Positions 18,916-27,312 of a stretch of DNA of 64,000 bases are shown here, one piece after another (position 1 is the stretch's first letter; each line of letters begins with the position of its first letter). A program made the translations under genes and the position numbers. The stretch comes from Chitinophagaceae bacterium (GTDB lineage: Bacteria; Bacteroidota; Bacteroidia; Chitinophagales; Chitinophagaceae), in the NCBI GenBank assembly GCA_035298945.1, contig DATGXN010000007.1, positions 1,479 to 65,478 on the forward strand, given 5' to 3'. A model generated the notes under the pieces. It ran no database searches. It had not been told where the DNA came from and saw only the letters and a list, made by a program, of their open reading frames with translations.

Positions 18916-19575
18916 ATGATAAACAAAAATGAAAGCTTTAATCGACGAAAATTTGTGAAAACGGCAGCTGCACTTTCTGCTGGAGTGACAGGTTTTACCC
19001 TTTTCCCCGGCCAATCGTTTGCTATGCCCGATGGCAGGTCAAATATCATCGGCCCAAAAGAAGGCTATTCTCCCCAGGTGGGAACACTGGTCTCTATGAT
19101 GGACTGGATGCGCTCAGTCATACTGAGCCCCGTTCAAGGGCTGACCGTTGAGCAGCTGGATTATGTCCACGATGATCATGCGAATTCAATCGGGTCTATG
19201 TTGTTGCACCTGGCGGCAACAGAACGATATTATCAGCTTCATACTTTCAATGGTATGAAATGGGGTTCATGGGATGATTCGATCAAAAAGCAGTGGGATC
19301 TGCCCATGCAGCTCGGTGCAGAAGCCAGGGCCAGGATCAAAGGGAACAGCCTCGATTTTTATCTCGACACTTTAGCCGGGGTGCGCGCCAATACCCATAA
19401 AGAACTTAAGAACCGTGACGACAAATGGTTGATGTCTGTTGACGAAAAATGGCCCTGGGGACCCACTAATAATTATTGCAAGTGGTTCCATGTGGTTGAA
19501 CATGAATCCAATCACAACGGCCAGATCAAATTTATCAAAAGCAGGTTACCAGGCATGAAAGGAGGAGGAGATTAG
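18916..19575 (+). CDS. DinB/DUF664-family protein with twin-arginine signal
   Basis: NRRKFVK Tat motif; NSIG.MLLHLAATE and HVVEHESNHNGQ metal-binding histidines. Confidence 0.8.
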   Translation: MINKNESFNRRKFVKTAAALSAGVTGFTLFPGQSFAMPDGRSNIIGPKEGYSPQVGTLVSMMDWMRSVILSPVQGLTVEQLDYVHDDHANSIGSMLLHLAATERYYQLHTFNGMKWGSWDDSIKKQWDLPMQLGAEARARIKGNSLDFYLDTLAGVRANTHKELKNRDDKWLMSVDEKWPWGPTNNYCKWFHVVEHESNHNGQIKFIKSRLPGMKGGGD

Positions 19576-19577
19576 AT

Positions 19578-19826
19578 ATGACATTCACTGACTGGACAGG
19601 AACTATTGGCGTTGCAATGCTGCTGATCGCATTTTTCCTGAATCTGAATAATACAATAAAGAAGGAGGGATACATATACCTGTTGCTGAATATCGTTGGG
19701 GCGGGGTTGGCATGCTTTGCTTCTGTTCTGCTCGATTACTGGCCTTTCATCATCCTCGAAGGTTGCTGGACCATCGTGTCGGTATTCAGCCTGATGAAGT
19801 ACATGAATACAAGGAAGCCGGTATGA
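19578..19826 (+). CDS. Small three-TM membrane protein (CBU_0592-like)
   Basis: G.IGV..LLIAFFL, Y.LLNIVGA, PFIILE..W pattern; 82 aa. Confidence 0.7.
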   Translation: MTFTDWTGTIGVAMLLIAFFLNLNNTIKKEGYIYLLLNIVGAGLACFASVLLDYWPFIILEGCWTIVSVFSLMKYMNTRKPV

Positions 19827-20971
19827 TTTACAGGTGGAGTTTATATTTCTTCCTTATCCTGTCCGCTAATGTTTTTGGCCAGGAGCTGAAAACAAGATTT
19901 ACATTATATGCACCGGATCTTCCGGATACCAGTTCTGTTTATATCGCCGGTTCGGTGCCCCAACTTGGCAACTGGAATCCATCGAGGATAAAAATGAATC
20001 CCCAGGGAAAACAAATCTGGGTGAAGGAGATCGTTCTTAGCCAGCCCATATCTGTTGAATATAAGTATACACTTGGTTCCTGGGATCGGGAAGCTGCTAA
20101 TGAGAAAGGTTTGCCATTGAAGAATTTTTCCGTTACTGTCACCGATGGCAAAGTAGTCTACGACACGGTCAGTTATTGGAAAGATGGAGCTGCCAGAAAA
20201 ATCAATGGGCAGGTCACCGGAACCGTGAAGTATCATCGGGCCATGAAAGGAGAGGGCATTAAAGACAGAGATGTTGTTGTTTGGCTTCCTCCCGGGTACG
20301 ATTCCAGTTCACAAAAACGATACTCCGTACTTTATATGCAGGACGGGCAGAATCTATTCGACCCCATCACCAGCGCGTTTGGAACAGACTGGCAAATTGA
20401 TGAAACAGCCGATAGTATGATCAGGAGAAAGGCAGTAGAACCCCTGATCATTGTGGGGATCTACAACACCGCAGACAGGAGCACTGAGTACATACCTTCC
20501 GAAAAAGGCAGGATTTACAGGGAGTTCATTGCAGGGCATCTAAAGTCTTTTATTGATTCGGCTTATAAAACCAAGCCAGGCAGGAAGGACAGTTTTATCG
20601 GTGGGTCATCTGCCGGTGGAATACTGGCTTTTATGATGGTTTGGGAATATCCTGATAAGTTCTCCCGGGCCATATGTATGTCACCCGCTTTTCGGTTGCC
20701 TGGAAACTCCAAAACTGGATGGAACTATGTGACAACTGTTAAAAACGATCCAAAGAGAAAAAAGGTCTTTTTCTATATTGATAATGGGGGCTTAGGGTTG
20801 GAACAACAACTTCAACCGGGAGTTGATGAAATGCTTAAAGCCCTGAACAGCAAGGGATATAAACCCGGAAGGGATTACATATTCATCGCTGCGCCCGACG
20901 CAGGTCATAACGAAGAGGCCTGGTCAAAAAGATTCCCCCAAGCGTTAAAGCTGGTGCTGAGCAAAAACTAA
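19823..20971 (+). CDS. CBM20-like domain fused to an alpha/beta esterase
   Basis: VYIAGSVPQLGNW, EYKYTLGSW (CBM20-like); VWLPPGY, YMQDGQNLF, GGSSAGG, H.E.AW. Start moved to ATG 19823 (ATGA overlap). Confidence 0.8.
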   Translation: MIYRWSLYFFLILSANVFGQELKTRFTLYAPDLPDTSSVYIAGSVPQLGNWNPSRIKMNPQGKQIWVKEIVLSQPISVEYKYTLGSWDREAANEKGLPLKNFSVTVTDGKVVYDTVSYWKDGAARKINGQVTGTVKYHRAMKGEGIKDRDVVVWLPPGYDSSSQKRYSVLYMQDGQNLFDPITSAFGTDWQIDETADSMIRRKAVEPLIIVGIYNTADRSTEYIPSEKGRIYREFIAGHLKSFIDSAYKTKPGRKDSFIGGSSAGGILAFMMVWEYPDKFSRAICMSPAFRLPGNSKTGWNYVTTVKNDPKRKKVFFYIDNGGLGLEQQLQPGVDEMLKALNSKGYKPGRDYIFIAAPDAGHNEEAWSKRFPQALKLVLSKN

Positions 20972-21049
20972 AAACTTAAATTTGATGAATGGGTTTGATT
21001 GGCACGATTGATGCCTGATTTTTGTTGTAAGAAAAGCGCCCGGATATTT

Positions 21050-21910
21050 ATGAGGACAGGTTACATATTATTGTTTTTCAGTTTCTTTTTTCAATTCAAT
21101 GCATTTTCGCAGGCCAGTGTTTTTGAGCCGGACGTGATCTCAAACGACCAGGTCTTTGGTGGGTCTTTTACTCCCGATGGCAGGGAAGTATATTTTACCG
21201 CAGCATTTGGTGGGCGCGACAGTTTGCAGATCTTCTATTCAAAGAAACTGAAGGGCATCTGGCAGAAACCCCAGCTGGCTCCATTTGCAGATCGAAAATT
21301 CAAGCAAATAGATCCATTTGTGTCTCCTGATGGCAAAACCATTTTGTTCAATTCAAACAATAACGCGCCAGGTGATTTTGATGTTTACGCGGTGTACCTG
21401 ACACCCGGAGGATGGTCCCTTCCACAGCGTCTGGGTGGTGAGATCAACACGGCCAGCAGTGAGTTTTATGCTACCATGTCGTTAACAGGTAACATATATT
21501 TTACCCGGCGTAACAAAGACAATGATATCTATGTAAGTAAATATATCAGTGGAAAATATCAGCCGCCAGTACTTTTGGATTCTGCAATCAATGCCGGAAA
21601 TGAATCCAATCCCTACATTTCTCCTACGGAAGATTACCTGATCTTTTTCTCCGACCGTAAAGGTGGATTTGGCGACACCGATCTATATATCAGTTTTAAT
21701 AAAAACGGGAAATGGAGCATTCCCCAGAACCTCGGCGACAAGGTAAATACGCCTGTTTCTGAGTTTTGTCCTGGTGTTGACCTGAAAAACGACCTGTTCT
21801 ATTTTTCCCGCACCGAGATGGTGGGGAAGCAAAGAGTTGAAAATATCTACTTCATTAAGCTTAAAGACCTTAACTTGGCCGATTTAAAATATTCCGCCAG
21901 GTATAAATAA
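21050..21910 (+). CDS. PD40/WD40-like beta-propeller protein
   Basis: Repeated FTPDG, DPFVSPDG, NPYISP, GG.G..DLYIS blades; signal peptide from ATG 21050. Confidence 0.8.
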   Translation: MRTGYILLFFSFFFQFNAFSQASVFEPDVISNDQVFGGSFTPDGREVYFTAAFGGRDSLQIFYSKKLKGIWQKPQLAPFADRKFKQIDPFVSPDGKTILFNSNNNAPGDFDVYAVYLTPGGWSLPQRLGGEINTASSEFYATMSLTGNIYFTRRNKDNDIYVSKYISGKYQPPVLLDSAINAGNESNPYISPTEDYLIFFSDRKGGFGDTDLYISFNKNGKWSIPQNLGDKVNTPVSEFCPGVDLKNDLFYFSRTEMVGKQRVENIYFIKLKDLNLADLKYSARYK

Positions 21911-21919
21911 TTTCATCCA

Positions 21920-23509
21920 ATGAGATCATCCCTCTTAGCAGTTTTGTTGCTGTGTGTCATTTCTGTTTCTGCCCAGGAAAACCTTCCCAAAGACTATCTG
22001 AGTGCCGAATTCCATAAAGGAAGGCGTGATGAACTTCGGAAGCGAATGCCCGAGAATTCTGTCATGGCCATTTTTGCCTACCCCGAGCGTGTTTTTTCGA
22101 GGGATGTGAGTTATACCTATCACCCCAACCCGGACCTCTATTATTTCTCAGGGTATAAAGAAGCGGAGTCCATGTTGCTGATATTTAAGGAAGATCAGAA
22201 AGTTGGGGACAAAACTTTCAATGAGGTGTTTTTTGTAAGGCAAAGAAATCCGATGGAAGAAGTTTGGACAGGCAGGCGGCTGGGTGTAGAAGGAGTGCAG
22301 AAGCAACTGGGATTCCAGGAAGTATATAATAGTGGGGAGTTTAAAAACTTTTCTCTGGACCTGTCTAAATTCAATCTCATATACGATCGCATGCCGGACG
22401 ATATCGGTGCGGGCATGCTGTCTTCACTGATGAAATCATTCAAAGAGAAAGGCAATGTCAAAGAACCTGCCAACAGATCTGTCATGGGGGCCTATTCGGC
22501 GATAAGAAACACTACCCCGCAATCTTTGCCTAGAAGGGTGAATCAGATCAAAGGTATGATCGCGAATAGTGGAGACGAAGCCTTGAAAAACGATCCTATT
22601 ATCAACGAGCTGATGAACAAACCGGATTCAGCAACCCTGGTCTCTGTGCAGCAAAAATTGAAGGCTTACAATTTCCCTGCGGATGACTACAACAAGTTGG
22701 TTGCAGGATTAAGAGAGATCAAAACTCCCGAGGAACTGGCCCTGCTTCGTAAATCCTCATTCCTTTCTGCTGTTGCACATGAAGAGGTTATGAAAGCCAT
22801 ACAACCAAATATGTCTGAAGCCGAGCTTCATGGCCTGTTCATGTATGTGCATAAGAAATATGGTGCAGAAGATGAAGGCTATCCCCCGATCGTAGGCGCT
22901 GGTGGCAACGGGTGCATTCTGCATTATACCGAGAATAATGCAACCAAACTGGATAATCAGCTCGTGTTGATGGATGTTGGTGCTGAATACCACGGGTACT
23001 CAGCTGATGTGACCAGGACCGTACCTGCCAATGGCAAATTTACTGCAGAGCAAAAGGCTATCTATGATCTCGTTTACCAGGCACAGGAAGAGGTTTTCAA
23101 AATATGCAAGGAAGGGACTCCATTCAGGGACCTTAATGTAAGAACTACTGAGGTCTTAGCGGAAGGTTTACTGAAGCTTGGGATCATCAAACAGAAATCA
23201 GAAGTCTCCCTTTATTATATCCACGGTGTTTCGCATCACCTGGGGCTTGATGTACACGATAAATCCATCACACCCACACTAAAGGAAAATATGGTGATCA
23301 CTGTAGAGCCTGGGATTTACATACCCAAGGGCAGTGCCTGCGATAAGAAATGGTGGGATATCGGCGTAAGGATAGAGGATGATGTGATCATCGGGAAAAC
23401 CTCATGCGAGAATATTTCAGCCGCGGCACCCCGTAAATGGGAAGATGTAGAAAAAGCAGCTGCGAAAAAGTCAGTAGTAAATGATATGGTTCTTCCTAAA
23501 ATGAAATAA
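21920..23509 (+). CDS. Secreted Xaa-Pro aminopeptidase (aminopeptidase P, M24B)
   Basis: AMP_N region (RR.ELRK, DLYYFSG), MDVGAE, ADVTRT, HGVSHHLGLDVHD, TVEPG, RIEDD. Confidence 0.9.
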   Translation: MRSSLLAVLLLCVISVSAQENLPKDYLSAEFHKGRRDELRKRMPENSVMAIFAYPERVFSRDVSYTYHPNPDLYYFSGYKEAESMLLIFKEDQKVGDKTFNEVFFVRQRNPMEEVWTGRRLGVEGVQKQLGFQEVYNSGEFKNFSLDLSKFNLIYDRMPDDIGAGMLSSLMKSFKEKGNVKEPANRSVMGAYSAIRNTTPQSLPRRVNQIKGMIANSGDEALKNDPIINELMNKPDSATLVSVQQKLKAYNFPADDYNKLVAGLREIKTPEELALLRKSSFLSAVAHEEVMKAIQPNMSEAELHGLFMYVHKKYGAEDEGYPPIVGAGGNGCILHYTENNATKLDNQLVLMDVGAEYHGYSADVTRTVPANGKFTAEQKAIYDLVYQAQEEVFKICKEGTPFRDLNVRTTEVLAEGLLKLGIIKQKSEVSLYYIHGVSHHLGLDVHDKSITPTLKENMVITVEPGIYIPKGSACDKKWWDIGVRIEDDVIIGKTSCENISAAAPRKWEDVEKAAAKKSVVNDMVLPKMK

Positions 23510-23514
23510 CCGTA

Positions 23515-23988
23515 ATGCTTCGTTTTATTCCCATAGATGTGGATGAAAAAGCAAATGAACAGTTTGCTGGGCATCCTGAGTGCGAGCAGATACTTGCAAT
23601 ATTTACCGACCATTATAAGAAAGTAGGGTATGAATTACCCTGGATCGCCTATTTTTTTTCAGACGATCAAGGGGAGTTGATCGGCGGCGGTGGGTTTAAG
23701 GGAGCGCCCATAAATGGAAAGATCGAAATTTCTTATGGCACATTTGAAAAGCACCAAAGGCGAGGCGTAGCTACGCAGATCTGTCGGGAGTTGATAAACC
23801 TGGCTTTGGAAACTGATCCTTCTGTTATTATTACCGCAAGAACTCTTCCGGATAACCTGGCCTCCATCCGGGTTCTCGAGAAAAACAGCTTTGTGAACCG
23901 GGGCCTGATCTATGATGAAGAGGACGGTGATGTGTTCGAATTCGTTTTTAAAAGAGACGCAGAGACTGACACGGAGACGCAGAAGTAG
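23515..23988 (+). CDS. GNAT acetyltransferase
   Basis: GGFKGAP, EISYG, QRRGVAT, N.ASIRVLEKN.F. Confidence 0.85.
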   Translation: MLRFIPIDVDEKANEQFAGHPECEQILAIFTDHYKKVGYELPWIAYFFSDDQGELIGGGGFKGAPINGKIEISYGTFEKHQRRGVATQICRELINLALETDPSVIITARTLPDNLASIRVLEKNSFVNRGLIYDEEDGDVFEFVFKRDAETDTETQK

Positions 23989-24037
23989 CCTTTACTCCAT
24001 TTTTTTCCGTAGCTTAAGCTGATCCAAAAGTTTAAGT

Positions 24038-25081
24038 ATGAAAAAACTGCTCCAGTTATTTTCCCTGATCCTGCTATTTGCTGCGTGTAAAACGGAGACG
24101 AAACAAGATGAGGCCGAATCCGCAACTTCATCTTATTTAACCTACAACAAAGAAGACAAGTTCGCAGGCGGAATAAAAATGGTTACCATTAAAACGCCTA
24201 AAGGTGAATTCCGTGTATGGACAAAACGGGTTGGTAATAATCCCAAAATGAAAGTGTTGTTGTTGCACGGTGGCCCGGGTGGCACCCATGAGATATTTGA
24301 ATGCTACGATGGTTATTTACCCGAAGAAGGGATAGAATATATCTACTACGATCAACTGGAGTCTTATTACAGTGATCAGCCGAATGACTCTGCACTCTGG
24401 ACCACAGAGCATTTCGTGGAAGAAGTAGAACAGGTAAGGCAGGCACTAGGGCTGAACAAAGATAATTTTTACCTGCTTGGCCAGTCATGGGGAGGCCTCC
24501 TTGCCATGGAATATGCCTTGAAATACCAGGGCAACCTTAAAGGACTTATCATTTCAAATATGATGTCAAGCATTCCTGAATACAATAAATATGCGCAGGA
24601 AGTGTTGAGCCTCCAGATGGATCCTGCCATATTGAAAGAGATCAAGGATATGGAAGCCAAAGGTGATTTTTCCAATCCCAAATATGAAGCTCTGGTAACG
24701 GAACACTTTTACACCAAACATGTGCTGAGAATGCCCGTGGAAAAATGGCCCGACCCGGTAATGCGCACATTTAAACATTTAAGCAAAGGCATCTATGTTT
24801 ATATGCAGGGCTATAGTGAATTCGGTGTAACAGGAAACGCTTCATTGAAAAACTGGGACCGCTCAAAAGATCTTGTCAATATTACTGTCCCAACACTGGT
24901 CATAGGTGCAACATTTGACACCATGGATCCAAAACACATGGAATGGATGTCTAAGCAGGTGAAAAAAGGGAGATTCCTGCTATGTCCCAATGGCAGCCAC
25001 TGCTCGCAGTTTGATGACCAGGAGACTTATTTTGGAGGCCTGATCAAATTTGTAAAAGACGTTAACCAGGGAAGTTTCTGA
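24038..25081 (+). CDS. Proline iminopeptidase-family (S33) hydrolase, lipoprotein
   Basis: Lipobox FAA-C; LLHGGPG, YDQL, GQSWGG, D.MDP, GSH. Confidence 0.9.
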   Translation: MKKLLQLFSLILLFAACKTETKQDEAESATSSYLTYNKEDKFAGGIKMVTIKTPKGEFRVWTKRVGNNPKMKVLLLHGGPGGTHEIFECYDGYLPEEGIEYIYYDQLESYYSDQPNDSALWTTEHFVEEVEQVRQALGLNKDNFYLLGQSWGGLLAMEYALKYQGNLKGLIISNMMSSIPEYNKYAQEVLSLQMDPAILKEIKDMEAKGDFSNPKYEALVTEHFYTKHVLRMPVEKWPDPVMRTFKHLSKGIYVYMQGYSEFGVTGNASLKNWDRSKDLVNITVPTLVIGATFDTMDPKHMEWMSKQVKKGRFLLCPNGSHCSQFDDQETYFGGLIKFVKDVNQGSF

Positions 25082-25620
25082 TGAAGCCAGTCAGGACCAG
25101 GGATGGAAGAGAACTGAGTTTACAGAAACTTCAGTTGTCTGATCATCATCTGCTATCTGATTATCTGAACGGCCTTAGCGCAGACACCAGGAAAAGGTTC
25201 GGTCCCCATCCTTTTGACCCTGATTCGATCAGGGGATTCTATGATACACCTAAAAATATCGGTTTCATAGCTGTTGAACCATCTGCCGGAAAGATAGTTG
25301 CCTATTCCGTAGTTAAAATAGGATTTCTCTGGCATGATCAGCCACGTCTTGAATCATATGGATTAACCCTCGATCATTATTCTGATGCTTGTTTTGCCCC
25401 CTCTGTATCGGATCAGTGGCAGAGTATGGGAATTGGCGACTTGATGCTTACCTATATTCTGGATGAACTCAGGGCCATGAATATCCACAGGCTGATTCTA
25501 TGGGGAGGGGTACAAATGGATAATGAAAGAGCGGTTAATTATTATAGGAAGAACGGCTTTGTGAAACTTGGTCAGTTCGAGTACAATGGTTGGAACCTGG
25601 ATATGATGCGGGAGCTTTGA
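25081..25620 (+). CDS. GNAT acetyltransferase
   Basis: APSVSD.WQSMGIG, GGVQ.DN.RAVNYY.K.GF; TGATG-coupled to the iminopeptidase. Confidence 0.85.
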   Translation: MKPVRTRDGRELSLQKLQLSDHHLLSDYLNGLSADTRKRFGPHPFDPDSIRGFYDTPKNIGFIAVEPSAGKIVAYSVVKIGFLWHDQPRLESYGLTLDHYSDACFAPSVSDQWQSMGIGDLMLTYILDELRAMNIHRLILWGGVQMDNERAVNYYRKNGFVKLGQFEYNGWNLDMMREL

Positions 25621-25670
25621 TCCGCTACCACGCTCAGGTTTTCATATATTCGGTGACCAAATTCTGATTC

Positions 25671-27302
25671 ATGAGAAATTTCCTGTTTTTTATTCTGATC
25701 CTGTTGTGCCCCGGGCTATTGATCGCCCAGGGATATAGTGATCATGCAAAACAAACTGCGCGTTTGCAGGCGCTCGCTAAAGCAAATCCACAGTTCGCAA
25801 AGCTTAAGTCATTGACCAAAACTGCCGGGGGCAAAGATATCTGGGCACTCACCATCGGTTCCGGTAAAATGGATGATAAGCCGGCCATTGCAATTGTTGG
25901 TGGAGTTGAGGGCAGCCATGTTCTGGGCACTGAACTTGCGATCGGTTTCGCAGAGTCAATTCTCTCCGGTACAGGTACTGACAGTATCAAAGCCTTGCTG
26001 GATAAAACAACCTTCTATGTTTTCCCTAATATGAGCCCTGATGCGATGGAACAGTATTTTGCTTCGTTAAAATACGAGCGCCAGGGGAATGCAGTTGCCA
26101 CTGACGACGACAGGGATGGCAAAACCAATGAAGATGGTTTTGACGATCTGGATGGAAATGACAAGATCACCTGGATGAGGGTGGAATCTCCGATAGGTGA
26201 GTATAAATCACATCCTGATGATCCGCGAGTGCTGGTAAAGGCTGACCTCAGCAAAGGAGAAAAAGGGAAATACCTTTTATATGCTGAAGGGATGGACAAT
26301 GATAAAGACGGCCAGTTCAATGAAGACGGCGAAGGCGGTGTGCAATTCAACAAGAATTTCACCTATAAGCACCCTTCCTTTACACCGGGTTCCGGTGAGA
26401 TGCCGGCTTCGGAGGTGGAGACCCGGGCACTGGTTGATTTTCTTTTTGAGAGATTCAATATCTATGCTGTACTCAGTTTTGGCAGCAATAATAATCTCAG
26501 TACTCCCGTAACCTTCAATCCCCTGGCAGTAAGTCAGACCATCATTACGGGTTGGCTTGAAGCGGATACCAAAGTGAATGCAATGGTGTCTGATCTGTAT
26601 AATAAAACTACCGGCTACAAAGATGCGCCCAAGGCGGGGTCTACCGGGGGAGATTTTCTTTCATGGGCATATTTCCATTATGCACGATTCAGTTTCAGCA
26701 CCCCAGGCTGGTGGGTTCCAAAAACCAAACCAGATAGTACAAAAAATGAAAAAGCTTTTACGCTTGATGATGCGGGTGCAAATTTCCTGAGATGGTCAGG
26801 TCAGCAGGGTCTTTCGGATGTATTCACAGAATGGAAACCTGTTGAGCATCCGGATTTTCCAGGACAAAAAGTGGAGGTTGGCGGCCTTCAGCCATTCGGC
26901 ATGAATAACCCGCCTTATAAACTGGTTCCTGATATAATTAAGAAGAACAGTTCCTTCATTCTGAAATTGGCTTCTTATCAACCCCAGCTTGAGCTGGCGG
27001 ATCTGAAAACGGAAAAATTAGGGAATGGCCTCACCCGTATTACCCTTGATGTTATGAATAAAGGAGCTTTTGCGTCCCATTCCAAACTGGGAGAAAGGTC
27101 TTACTGGGTAAAAAGAGTGAATGTGAAGTTGAATACTTCCGGAAATCAAACTGTAGTGAGTGGCAGAAAAAACCAGGTGCTGAATGCCCTCGACGGGTAC
27201 AGTTCGCAAACCTTGACATGGCTGGTAAAAGGAAGTGGTAAACTTACCATTGAAGCAGGAAGTCCTACTACAGGTTCTAAAACCATTGATGTTACTCTCT
27301 AA
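25671..27302 (+). CDS. M14 carboxypeptidase-like protein, probably catalytically inactive
   Basis: M14 scaffold (GKT.GG.DIW, P..SPD, E.ET) but ExxH in place of HxxE; third His and catalytic Glu absent. Confidence 0.75.
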   Translation: MRNFLFFILILLCPGLLIAQGYSDHAKQTARLQALAKANPQFAKLKSLTKTAGGKDIWALTIGSGKMDDKPAIAIVGGVEGSHVLGTELAIGFAESILSGTGTDSIKALLDKTTFYVFPNMSPDAMEQYFASLKYERQGNAVATDDDRDGKTNEDGFDDLDGNDKITWMRVESPIGEYKSHPDDPRVLVKADLSKGEKGKYLLYAEGMDNDKDGQFNEDGEGGVQFNKNFTYKHPSFTPGSGEMPASEVETRALVDFLFERFNIYAVLSFGSNNNLSTPVTFNPLAVSQTIITGWLEADTKVNAMVSDLYNKTTGYKDAPKAGSTGGDFLSWAYFHYARFSFSTPGWWVPKTKPDSTKNEKAFTLDDAGANFLRWSGQQGLSDVFTEWKPVEHPDFPGQKVEVGGLQPFGMNNPPYKLVPDIIKKNSSFILKLASYQPQLELADLKTEKLGNGLTRITLDVMNKGAFASHSKLGERSYWVKRVNVKLNTSGNQTVVSGRKNQVLNALDGYSSQTLTWLVKGSGKLTIEAGSPTTGSKTIDVTL

Positions 27303-27312
27303 TTAAGAAAAC

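Noticed and set aside
23955-23988. GAGACGCAGA duplication at the end of a GNAT gene
   Set aside because: Only two short copies; too little to call a repeat element.
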